From: Candidatus Methanophagaceae archaeon
GTDB lineage: Archaea > Halobacteriota > Syntropharchaeia > Alkanophagales > Methanospirareceae
Assembly: GCA_003194425.1 (NCBI GenBank)
Contig: PQXB01000002.1
Coordinates: 30,001-62,000 of the forward strand
Direction: 5' to 3'
Length of the DNA stretch: 32,000 bases
Positions 23,240 through 32,000 of this stretch are shown here, piece after piece. How positions within the stretch are numbered: the first letter of the stretch is position 1; each line of letters starts with the position of its first letter. The notes under the pieces were generated by a model, which had not been told where the DNA came from, did no database searches, and saw only the letters and a list, made by a program, of their open reading frames with translations. Both the position numbers and the translations under genes were made by a program.

Positions 23240-24105
23240 TTTTTACCCTCTCTTTTAGTCAAGGTTTTTTCTTTAGAGAAAAGGTTGTTAGAGAAAAAGT
23301 TGAGAGCGGACTCGGTCCAGATTGTCAGCCTGCCGGGGTGCGTCCCGGGTGCGAGCAGTTCGGCGTTCAACTCCGCCACACGAGCTACCTCCACGCCCGG
23401 CAGATTCTTCGCACCTGTCTTTATTTTCGCCTCTGCCACCGTTCCTGCCGCCGCTTCCACCTCTGCCTCTGCCACCGCCTCTTTTCCAGAAACGACGATT
23501 AAAACGCTCTTTCTACGCTTGTACCTTCTGCCGCGCATTTTTCCTCGCCCTGCCCGCACTTTCCTCTCCTTCGCACGGAGAAGGTCTTCCCAGACGCCGG
23601 CGGACTTTAAAAAATCCTCTACCTCCGCTGTTTTTCCCAAGCCTGCGAGCGAGTCTTCCACCACCAACGGCAGTTCAACTTCTTCGCCGAATTTGTGCCC
23701 TCTGCTTCTCACGATTTCGGAGTCTGCGGTGGCTGCAACGGCAGACCGCACCGCCCTCCGCCGCTCTTTCTTGTTTATTTTCTGCTTCAAAACTTTTTCG
23801 GTTTTTGGCGGGTGTGCTCGTCTTCCGCCGACAGTCTGCGGGGCGCGTGCTGCTCGGTTGCCTGTTTTTATGCGAGCAACTCTTGAGACGCCTCTGCCGA
23901 CGCCCCAGCTCTCAGCCGAGGTTCTCTTCCCTGCTAAAATGTCAGAGCCTTTTGGCTGAAACCTGTGCGACTGCACTGCCAGCACCGCCCGTTTTATCAG
24001 GTCGGGCCTGTACTCCTCGCTAAAGACCGAGGGCAGCGCCACCTCCCGCACAGCCTTCCCCGACAAGTCCAAGACTTTGACTCTCCCTTCTGCCTCTTTT
24101 ATCAT
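23230..24105 (-). CDS. rpl4: 50S ribosomal protein uL4
   Basis: 291 aa. YRPDLIKRAVLAVQSHRFQPKG...GKRTSAESWGVGRGVSRV. Confidence 0.9.
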   Translation of the reverse strand: MIKEAEGRVKVLDLSGKAVREVALPSVFSEEYRPDLIKRAVLAVQSHRFQPKGSDILAGKRTSAESWGVGRGVSRVARIKTGNRAARAPQTVGGRRAHPPKTEKVLKQKINKKERRRAVRSAVAATADSEIVRSRGHKFGEEVELPLVVEDSLAGLGKTAEVEDFLKSAGVWEDLLRAKERKVRAGRGKMRGRRYKRRKSVLIVVSGKEAVAEAEVEAAAGTVAEAKIKTGAKNLPGVEVARVAELNAELLAPGTHPGRLTIWTESALNFFSNNLFSKEKTLTKREGKKWD

Positions 24106-24120
24106 CTCTTCTCTTTTCTT

Positions 24121-25149
24121 TTATTTTTTGCGAATATAAATAATCTCCGGCACGCTCGGTTTAGAGTGCGATCTTATCGAGTGCGAGAGTCTTACAAGCC
24201 GCTTCTTCGGTCCTGGAACGCTCCCTTTCACCAAAATAAACCCGTTCCGCACCTCCCCGTACTTCACGAAGCCACCCTTTGGCGTTACCTCCTCGCCGTT
24301 CTCCCCGATTTTCAGGACTTGCTTGTTGTACTCGGTTCGCTGCTGGTAGCCGGTCTGCCCGAGTTGAGGGATTTTCCAGCGCACCCGCCGCGGCTTCCAA
24401 GCCCCAATGCAGCCCACGTGGCGACCTCTTCCCGACCGCCGCGCCTTTGCATTCTGAATCATCACACCCCACCGCTTCACGGGTCCCTGCGTGCCTTTCC
24501 CAGTCGTTACTGCGGTAACATCCACAAAGTCGCCGTCTTTGAAGACCTCGCCGATTTTTAACTCCTTTCCAAGCACTTCTCTCGCGTACTCAAGGTCTTT
24601 CTCAACCTCGACGCCCCCCCCGCTCATCTTTATTTCCATCGTCTCGTGCTTCTTCTTCGGCACCCCGCTCACGAGTTTTGGCTGCGTTGAAATTAGCAAA
24701 GTCACGCTAAAATCGTGCGCGTTGCCCTTGACGCTCGCACTTTTGATTAGGTCTGCCACCTTCTCAAAACCCGCTTCAGCCCCTGCGCCTGCCTCTGCGC
24801 CTGCCTCTGCGCCTGCCCCTGCGCCTGCCCCTGCGCCTGCCTCTGCTCTCACTTCGGTTACCACCCGCTTTCCGTAGCTGGTATTTTTGTAAAGCCGAAG
24901 ACCTTCTACCCTCACAGGCGGCGTCTCGATTACAGTCGCAGGAACGGAAATCTCCATTCCTTTTGTCAGGCTGTGCGGGGCGTTGTCTGCTAAAATGAGG
25001 TGCGTCATTCCGGCTTTGTAGCCCGCAAAACCCTGAATCCTTCTGCCTGCCGCTCTCTCTTCTCTTTTGATCCTGCAAGTCTCACTTCTCGCCCGCGTTC
25101 TCGGTGAGAAGGCGAGTGAGCCTCGTCTTGGTCGGTGTCGTTTGGACAT
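24121..25149 (-). CDS. rpl3: 50S ribosomal protein uL3
   Basis: 342 aa. RHRPRRGSLAFSPRTRA...GFAGYKAGMTH...TGKGTQGPVKRWG. (A/E)G insert. Confidence 0.95.
   Translation of the reverse strand: MSKRHRPRRGSLAFSPRTRARSETCRIKREERAAGRRIQGFAGYKAGMTHLILADNAPHSLTKGMEISVPATVIETPPVRVEGLRLYKNTSYGKRVVTEVRAEAGAGAGAGAGAEAGAEAGAGAEAGFEKVADLIKSASVKGNAHDFSVTLLISTQPKLVSGVPKKKHETMEIKMSGGGVEVEKDLEYAREVLGKELKIGEVFKDGDFVDVTAVTTGKGTQGPVKRWGVMIQNAKARRSGRGRHVGCIGAWKPRRVRWKIPQLGQTGYQQRTEYNKQVLKIGENGEEVTPKGGFVKYGEVRNGFILVKGSVPGPKKRLVRLSHSIRSHSKPSVPEIIYIRKK
24777..24848 (-). repeat. 12-bp in-frame tandem repeat x6 (gcgcctgcc[c/t]ct on +) inside rpl3
   Basis: Direct reading. Encodes [26 protein letters not shown]. Confidence 0.9.
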
Positions 25150-25250
25150 TTTCTTGCGTAAATTTTTTGTTATTTTAAATTAGCATTAAATATAAAAACA
25201 TTAAAAATTTAGAAACTTTGTAGTTTGTAGATGAAAGGAGACGAAGAAGA
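25150..25250. promoter_or_regulatory. AT-rich divergent promoter region (rpl3 operon <-> HsdR_N gene)
   Basis: TATA-like tattttaaatt (about 25170-25181) about 25 nt from the rpl3 ATG. attaaatataaaaaca (about 25184-25200) upstream of the + gene. ggag 10 nt before ATG 25251. Confidence 0.45.
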
Positions 25251-26402
25251 ATGGATTTCATCGACCAGATAAAAGCACTGTCTGATCAGATTTCTAAAGA
25301 ATTGGAGCATTTAGAGACGGAGGAGGCGACGAAGCACGCCCTTGTTCTGCCGTTCATTAACGCGCTGGGTTACAATGTCTTTAATCCTTGGGAGGTGGTG
25401 CCGGAATTCACCTGCGATGTCGGGAAAAAGAAGGGTGAGAAAGTGGATTACGCGTTGATGAAAGCCGGAAAACCAATTATGCTTTTTAAGTGCAAGTCTG
25501 CGAACGCTGACCTGGGAAAGGAACACGCAGACCAACTTTACAGATATTTCTCGGTTACCGAGGTAAAAGTCGGGGTTCTCACGAACGGGGTCGTCTACAA
25601 ATTTTACAGCGACCTCGAAGAGACGAACAAAATGGACGCAAAACCGTTTCTTGAACTTGACCTGCTTGACTTGAAGGAGGTGGTTGTAGAGGAGTTGAAA
25701 CGGTTCAGGAAGGAGTCTTTTGACTTGGGTGCGGTTGTCTCTGCGGCGAGCGAGTTGAAATACTCGAAAGAAATAAAGAGGATTCTGGGAGAGGAACTCA
25801 ATTCGCCCTCCGACGAGTTTGTTAAGTTCTTTACGAAGCAGGTTTACTCGGGAAGGGTGACAAAAACGGCTCTGGAAAAGTTTAGGGAAATTATTCACCA
25901 AGCGTTTAAACAGTTCGTCAACGAAAAGATCAGCGACCGACTGAAATCGGCGTTGGAGAAGGAGCAAGAGCAAGAAGGTGCTGCAGGTGTAGCAGAAGAG
26001 CGCGGTGCGGAGGGCGGGAGGAGTGAAGAAAAGAAAGAGAAAGAAGAGGGTCTTGTCACGACCGAAGAGGAAGTAGAGGGTTTTTTTATTGTCCGTGCGA
26101 TTTTGCGTGAGACTACTGAGCCCGAGAGAGTTATTTTGAAGGACCGGAAAAACTACTGCAACGTTCTGCTGGACAACAATATTAGAAGACCGATTTGCAG
26201 GTTCTACTTCAACACCCGGCAGAAATATGTAAGTTTCTTTGACGCGGAGAAAAAGGAGGAGAAGGTGGCGGTAGAGAACTTGAGTGAGATTTACAACTAC
26301 GCTGAGAGGCTTAAAGCAACGGTCGACTACTACAAGGGCTACGAGGGAAGTGGCGTACCTGAAGCTAGTCCAGAATCAGAAAAAGAAAACAAAAACATTT
26401 AA
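25251..26402 (+). CDS. Type I restriction enzyme R N-terminal (HSDR_N-like, PD-(D/E)XK fold) domain protein of unknown function
   Basis: 383 aa. ETEEATKHALVLPFINALGYNVFNPWEVVPEF...GEKVDYALMKAGKPIMLFKCKS...QLYRYF...VGVLTNGVVYKFY. C-terminal module EEEVEGFFIVRAILRE...NYCNVLLDNNIRRPICRFYFN recalls a widespread standalone family. No methylase or specificity genes nearby. Confidence 0.7.
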   Translation: MDFIDQIKALSDQISKELEHLETEEATKHALVLPFINALGYNVFNPWEVVPEFTCDVGKKKGEKVDYALMKAGKPIMLFKCKSANADLGKEHADQLYRYFSVTEVKVGVLTNGVVYKFYSDLEETNKMDAKPFLELDLLDLKEVVVEELKRFRKESFDLGAVVSAASELKYSKEIKRILGEELNSPSDEFVKFFTKQVYSGRVTKTALEKFREIIHQAFKQFVNEKISDRLKSALEKEQEQEGAAGVAEERGAEGGRSEEKKEKEEGLVTTEEEVEGFFIVRAILRETTEPERVILKDRKNYCNVLLDNNIRRPICRFYFNTRQKYVSFFDAEKKEEKVAVENLSEIYNYAERLKATVDYYKGYEGSGVPEASPESEKENKNI

Positions 26403-26425
26403 GCCAAAATTTTCAAAACAGATTT

Positions 26426-26508
26426 GCGGGGGTTGCCAAGAGGACAAAGGCGCAGCGTTGAGGTCGCTGTCCCGTAGGGGTTCGAGGGTTCAAATCCCTC
26501 CCTCCGCA
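26426..26508 (+). tRNA. tRNA-Leu (anticodon GAG), class II, no encoded CCA
   Basis: GCGGGGGTTGCCAAGAGGACAAAGGCGCAGCGTTGAGGTCGCTGTCCCGTAGGGGTTCGAGGGTTCAAATCCCTCCCTCCGCA. Acceptor stem with one G-U pair, anticodon stem CAGCG/CGCTG with loop TTGAGGT, T-arm GAGGG-TTCAAAT-CCCTC. Confidence 0.9.
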
Positions 26509-26511
26509 CTT

Positions 26512-26659
26512 GAGGTAGAGTAAAGGGAGAGAGAAGGGAGGGAGTAGGAGAAAGAGGAGTAAAGGAGAGAGGGAGAGGGAGAGGGAGAGAGAGGGGAGGG
26601 AGTAGGAGAGAGGAGAAGAGGAGAGAGGAGAAGAGGAGAGAGGAGGAGAGGAGAGAAAG
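26512..26659 (+). repeat. About 150-nt near-pure polypurine (GA) tract between tRNA-Leu and ftsZ
   Basis: Direct reading: only a handful of T and no C from about 26512 to the ftsZ ATG. Internal reiterations include gggagag x3, ggagtaggag x2 and gagaggagaagag x2. Confidence 0.85.
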
Positions 26660-27733
26660 ATGAAGCAATTTGGAAGAGGAATGGTTGCGGCGGAGGGAGA
26701 AGCAGTAAAGTCAATGGGGAATGAGGAATTAGAAAGCCTCTTGGAGCGGTCAAAGACGGTCATAAAAGTGATTGGCTGCGGCGGGAGCGGGACGAACACG
26801 ATTCAGCGAATGACCGAGGAGGGAATTTTCGGGGCTGACCTCTTTGCTCTTAACACCGACGCTCAGCACTTGTTGTTCTCAAAGGCGGAGAACAGGCTCT
26901 TGATCGGGAAGAAAACGACACGCGGGCTGGGAGCGGGCAGCATTCCGCGGCTGGGCGAAGAAGCAGCGAAGGAGAACGCAGACGACATAAAATCAATCGT
27001 CGAGGACGCGGATATGGTTTTCGTAACTTGCGGCTTGGGCGGCGGAACCGGGACAGGAGCGGCACCGGTAGTCGCACAGGCGGGACAGGACGCGGGTGCT
27101 CTCACGATTGGCGTGGTGACGCTGCCGTTCAATGCCGAGGGGGAAGTGAGGCGAGAGAACACTTCTACAGGGCTTGAAACGCTGCGTGGGTGCACTGACA
27201 CGCTGATTGTGATGCCAAATGAGCGGCTCTTGGATGTGGTTCCGAGGCTGCCGTTGAACGACGCTTTTCGGGTCGCTGACGATGTTTTGATGCGGGCGGT
27301 AAAGGGGATAACAGAATTAATTACAAAACCCGGTCTGATAAATCTGGACTTTGCCGATGTCAGGACGGTTATGAAAGACGGAGGAATGGCGATGATCGGG
27401 TTCGGCGAGTCAGACGGGCAGAACAAGGCGGCGGATTCAGTGAAACGGGCGTTGAGCTCGCCTCTGCTTGAAGTTGACGTCTCGGAAGCGAAGTCGGCGC
27501 TGGTGAATGTGACCGGTGGCGAGGATATGACCGTTGAGGAAGCGGAAGGGGCGCTTCAGGAGGTGTACAGAATGATGAACCCCGCGGCACGGATAATTTG
27601 GGGCGTTCAGGTGAGTCCCGAGTTGAAGAATAAGATGCGAACCCTTCTCGTTGTCACGGGTGTGAAGTCGGAGCAGATTTTTGCTCGCAGGGCATTGAAA
27701 AAGGAGAAATATGGGATTGAAATTGTGCATTAG
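26660..27733 (+). CDS. ftsZ: Cell division GTPase FtsZ
   Basis: 357 aa. [17 protein letters not shown], tubulin signature [22 protein letters not shown]. Confidence 0.95.
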   Translation: MKQFGRGMVAAEGEAVKSMGNEELESLLERSKTVIKVIGCGGSGTNTIQRMTEEGIFGADLFALNTDAQHLLFSKAENRLLIGKKTTRGLGAGSIPRLGEEAAKENADDIKSIVEDADMVFVTCGLGGGTGTGAAPVVAQAGQDAGALTIGVVTLPFNAEGEVRRENTSTGLETLRGCTDTLIVMPNERLLDVVPRLPLNDAFRVADDVLMRAVKGITELITKPGLINLDFADVRTVMKDGGMAMIGFGESDGQNKAADSVKRALSSPLLEVDVSEAKSALVNVTGGEDMTVEEAEGALQEVYRMMNPAARIIWGVQVSPELKNKMRTLLVVTGVKSEQIFARRALKKEKYGIEIVH

Positions 27734-27745
27734 GAGGAGACGAAA

Positions 27746-27973
27746 ATGCAAAGAAAAATCCAAGCAAAAATGCAGACGAAGTTTAAGTTTGAGGAGCTTT
27801 TGAAGAAGTTGGACGAGTATGTGAGAATTTTGAAGTTAGCGAAGACGCCGCAGAAGGAGGAGTTTTTCAAGATTTCCAAGATCGCGGGGGCTGCGATGGC
27901 GTTAATCGGACTTATCGGGTTTTCTATTTATCTGTTGCTGTCGGTTTTACCGGGGGCTTTGAGCAATGTCTGA
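27746..27973 (+). CDS. secE: Protein translocase subunit SecE / Sec61-gamma
   Basis: 75 aa. YVRILKLAKTPQKEEFFKISKIAGAAMALIGLIGFSIYLL, a single C-terminal TM. Canonical position before spt5. Confidence 0.85.
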   Translation: MQRKIQAKMQTKFKFEELLKKLDEYVRILKLAKTPQKEEFFKISKIAGAAMALIGLIGFSIYLLLSVLPGALSNV

Positions 27974-28463
27974 AAATGCGGAATGGGGGAACAAAGGAGA
28001 AGGGAGAAAAATATTCGCACTAAAGACGACGGTCAATCAGGAGCAGGCGGTTGCGGATTTGATAGAGCGTGGGATAAAGGACAAGAAGAAGGAGGAGCAC
28101 GGAATAAAGGCGATTTTGGTGCCGGATGAGTTGCGGGGTTACGTGCTGCTGGAGGCTTCCTTCTCGGACGCTGTAGAGCAGTTAATTCAGAATATTCCGC
28201 ACGCACGGGGCTTAATTAAGGGCGAGATGAAATTGGAGGAGGTAGAGCATTTCCTCGCTCCCAAACCGTCGGTGACAGGAATTCTGGAGGGCAGCATAAT
28301 TGAAATAATTTCGGGTCCGTTTAAGGGCGAGAAGGCGAAGGTGAAGAAGGTTGACGAGGCGCACGAGGAGCTCACGATTGAACTCTTTGAGGGACTGGTT
28401 CCGATTCCGGTCACCGTGCGGGGCGACAGCGTGAAGGTCCTGAGCAGAGAAGGGAAGGAATGA
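27966..28463 (+). CDS. spt5: Transcription elongation factor Spt5 (archaeal NusG)
   Basis: 165 aa. NGN domain IFALKTTVNQEQAVADLI...GYVLLEA. KOW motif GPFKGEKAKVKKVD. 8-nt overlap with secE. Confidence 0.9.
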   Translation: MSENAEWGNKGEGRKIFALKTTVNQEQAVADLIERGIKDKKKEEHGIKAILVPDELRGYVLLEASFSDAVEQLIQNIPHARGLIKGEMKLEEVEHFLAPKPSVTGILEGSIIEIISGPFKGEKAKVKKVDEAHEELTIELFEGLVPIPVTVRGDSVKVLSREGKE

Positions 28464-29380
28464 GAGGGGCGGAAATAAAAAACGAAGATGTTTGCATCTT
28501 GGTGCCGACGCTGAACGAGGCGACGACGGTAGGCGAAGTTGTGCGGGGGTTCAAGAGCCAGGGGTTCGAGAATGTCTTCGTGATTGACGGAGACAGCACG
28601 GACGCGACGCGGGAAATCGCAGAGCGAGCGGGCGCGAAAGTGGTGGTTCAGCAGGGAAAAGGGAAGGGCACCGCACTCAGGCAAGCGTTCAAACTCTTCG
28701 AACTTTCAGAAGCCGAGGTGATTGTAATCATCGACGGCGACGGGACTTACTCACCGTCCGAGGTCGGGAAGTTGCTTGCGCCGATAATTGACGGCGAAGC
28801 AGACCTCGTAATCGGAAATCGGTTCGCGTACAGGGGCGTCTTCAAACTGACGCACCGAATTGGGAACAAGTTCGTGAACCGGCTCTTCGGGTTCGGCTAC
28901 GGTACGAAGACGAACGACATTCTGTCGGGCTACCGGGCGCTCACGAGGGACGCGGTGAAGAAGATGCGGCTTGAGAGAGCGGGTTTTGAGATTGAGGCGG
29001 AGATTGCGATAGAAGCAGTGAAACGAGGCGTTCGGATAAAAGAGGTGCCGATAAAATACGACAAACGCGGAGGGCAGTCAAAACTCAATTTCCTCCGCGA
29101 CGGCTCAAAAATCGCCTACACGCTCTACGAACTCACGAGGACGCAGAACCCGATTTTCTACTTCGGAATCATCGGCGTTCTCTTCCTCCTCGCCGGCGTC
29201 CTGACCGGCTCTTTCGTCGTGCTTGAGTGGTTCAAGAGCATTTCACACGACCTTCTCACGGTGCTGACTGCTTTGTTAGTGATTTTAGGAATTCAGTTCT
29301 TCATTTTCGGGCTGCTGGGTGATTTCCTGGTAACACTGCAGAAGGAAGTGCTGGAGGCGTTGAGGGGGAAGAGAAGATGA
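28460..29380 (+). CDS. GT2-family glycosyltransferase (dolichyl-phosphate glycosyltransferase-like) with C-terminal TM helices
   Basis: 306 aa. [38 protein letters not shown] (DxD). Two C-terminal hydrophobic helices. ATGA overlaps on both sides. Confidence 0.85.
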   Translation: MRGAEIKNEDVCILVPTLNEATTVGEVVRGFKSQGFENVFVIDGDSTDATREIAERAGAKVVVQQGKGKGTALRQAFKLFELSEAEVIVIIDGDGTYSPSEVGKLLAPIIDGEADLVIGNRFAYRGVFKLTHRIGNKFVNRLFGFGYGTKTNDILSGYRALTRDAVKKMRLERAGFEIEAEIAIEAVKRGVRIKEVPIKYDKRGGQSKLNFLRDGSKIAYTLYELTRTQNPIFYFGIIGVLFLLAGVLTGSFVVLEWFKSISHDLLTVLTALLVILGIQFFIFGLLGDFLVTLQKEVLEALRGKRR

Positions 29381-29787
29381 AAGTGGAAAAAAGCGAGGCG
29401 GAAAAAAGTGAGGCGGAAAAAAGCGAGGGAGGGGAGAAAGAGTTAAAGAGCGCGATTGTGCAGGACTACGAGACCGGGGAGGTTTTGATGCTCGCCCACA
29501 TTGACGAGGAGGCGCTGCGACTCTGCGTAGAGACAGGGAGGGCGCACTACTGGAGCAGGAGCCGGGGGAAACTCTGGCGGAAAGGGGAAGTCTCGGGGAA
29601 CGAGCAAATAATTAAGGAGATTTTGATCGACTGCGACGAGGACGCGGTGCTGCTGAAAGTGGAGCAGGTCGGCGGAGCGGCGTGCCACATGGGTTACAGG
29701 TCTTGCTTTTACCGCAGGCTGAACGGTGAGGTCGTGGGGGAGAAGGTCTTCGAGCCGGAGGAGAAGTACGGAAAGAAGGCGGTTTAG
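29377..29787 (+). CDS. hisI: Phosphoribosyl-AMP cyclohydrolase
   Basis: 136 aa. [22 protein letters not shown]...[24 protein letters not shown]...[29 protein letters not shown]-terminal (KSEAE)x3 from a 15-bp repeat. Confidence 0.9.
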   Translation: MKVEKSEAEKSEAEKSEGGEKELKSAIVQDYETGEVLMLAHIDEEALRLCVETGRAHYWSRSRGKLWRKGEVSGNEQIIKEILIDCDEDAVLLKVEQVGGAACHMGYRSCFYRRLNGEVVGEKVFEPEEKYGKKAV

Positions 29788-29794
29788 AGGTTTT

Positions 29795-29868
29795 GGGTTT
29801 AGAGGTTGGGAGGTTTGGATTTTTAGATGTTTTGCTGCTAAACCGCTAAATCTCTAACTCATAAACCC
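29795..29868. other. Long imperfect inverted repeat (G/T-rich arm, 11-nt loop, C/A-rich arm) between hisI and albA
   Basis: Left arm gggtttagaggttgggaggtttggatttttag (29795-29826), loop atgttttgctg, right arm ctaaaccgctaaatctctaactcataaaccc (29838-29868). By hand about 24 of 31 positions pair when G-U pairs are allowed and a one-nt bulge is included. Confidence 0.4.
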
Positions 29869-29925
29869 TTTAAATTACTAACCTTTTTATAGAGGCGAGA
29901 CAAATATGTAAGTAGGTGATGCAAA

Positions 29926-30222
29926 ATGCAGGGAAAACAAGAAGACAACGTGATATATATCGGGAGCAAGCCCGTGATGAGTTATGTCCTCGCGGTAGTG
30001 ACGCAGTTTAACAACGGGTTCGACGATGTGGTGATAAAGGCGAGAGGCAGAGCGATTTCGAGGGCAGTGGACACCGCGGAAGTAGTGAGGAACAAGTTTA
30101 TGCCGAACGTGGAAGTGAAGGACATAAAAATCGCGACAGAGATGATAGAAGGGCGAGAGGGAGGAGGAGGAGATAAAGCGAACGTTTCCTCGATGGAAAT
30201 AACAATGAAGACGAAGGCTTGA
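29926..30222 (+). CDS. albA: Alba DNA/RNA-binding chromatin protein
   Basis: 98 aa. [52 protein letters not shown] gtaggtgat upstream. Confidence 0.92.
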   Translation: MQGKQEDNVIYIGSKPVMSYVLAVVTQFNNGFDDVVIKARGRAISRAVDTAEVVRNKFMPNVEVKDIKIATEMIEGREGGGGDKANVSSMEITMKTKA

Positions 30223-30254
30223 ACCGAACGCAGAAATCGGAAAGCAGAGAGAGG

Positions 30255-30300
30255 AGAGGAGAGAAAGAACCTTTTTCTCCTATTTTTTATTTTTTTATTT
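30255..30300 (+). terminator. GA/TC stem followed by long oligo-T runs after albA (also AT-rich promoter material for pyrB)
   Basis: ggagagaaagaacctttttctcc can fold (GGAGAGAAA / TTTTTCTCC, one G-U pair). It is followed by tattttttatttttttatttt. Confidence 0.4.
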
Positions 30301-30303
30301 TAG

Positions 30304-32000
<1,697 letters not shown>

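Noticed and set aside
23219-24023. 246-aa and 233-aa + strand ORFs
   Set aside because: They are antisense to rpl4. They have S/P/A/R-rich composition and no motifs.
20170-24848. Tandem repeats as possible CRISPR arrays
   Set aside because: The repeats are contiguous with no unique spacers, have periods of 9-27 bp, lie inside coding frames with a period of 3n, and there are no cas genes. They are microsatellite-like coding repeats.
25311-25973. 220-aa minus-strand ORF inside the HsdR_N gene
   Set aside because: It has the L/R/F-rich composition typical of an antisense frame. The sense frame has clear domain motifs, an SD and an ATG.
26399-26799. Minus-strand ORFs 26399-26668, 26413-26799, 26490-26753
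   Set aside because: They are translations of the polypurine tract read as polypyrimidine (S/L/P repeats), and they run across the tRNA-Leu gene. They are not coding.

Overview
This is an archaeal chromosomal segment. The markers are PAN, Alba, aMBF1, Pelota, aSUI1, RNase P Rpp29, Spt5, SecE/Sec61-gamma and an archaeal-order r-protein operon. It is densely packed, with about 40 protein genes and two tRNA-Leu genes, and many 4-8 nt start/stop overlaps. Gene order: partial thiolase, IDH-family dehydrogenase, topoisomerase IA, an OB-fold protein of unknown function, CBS protein, prephenate dehydrogenase, an EpsI-like membrane protein and Pelota. Next comes a four-gene module of three paralogous multihaem c-type cytochromes (4, 5 and 9 CxxCH) around an ER/archaeal-type signal peptidase I. 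After that: PAN, aMBF1, a PD-(D/E)XK nuclease, RimI, ferredoxin, AMMECR1 and tRNA-Leu(CAA). The r-protein operon on the minus strand runs L3-L4-L23-L2-S19-L22-S3-L29-SUI1-Rnp1-S17-[2TM gene]-L14. The rest is an HsdR_N-domain protein, tRNA-Leu(GAG), ftsZ-secE-spt5-GT2-hisI, albA, pyrB and the start of glyA. The best candidate for an undescribed system is the cytochrome/signal-peptidase module (10090-13744). All three cytochromes share an N-terminal hydrophobic segment followed by S-x-S-(L/F)-F-x-x-QH-x-WYD. From memory this resembles SipW-cognate signal peptides, which would suggest a dedicated secretion and maturation route for glycosylated extracellular cytochromes. Two features recur across the window. 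In-frame tandem repeats, purine-rich on the coding strand, are inserted into otherwise conserved housekeeping proteins. GA-rich (polypurine) leaders or spacers sit directly upstream of many start codons. All functional calls come from reading motifs in the supplied translations. No database search was run.
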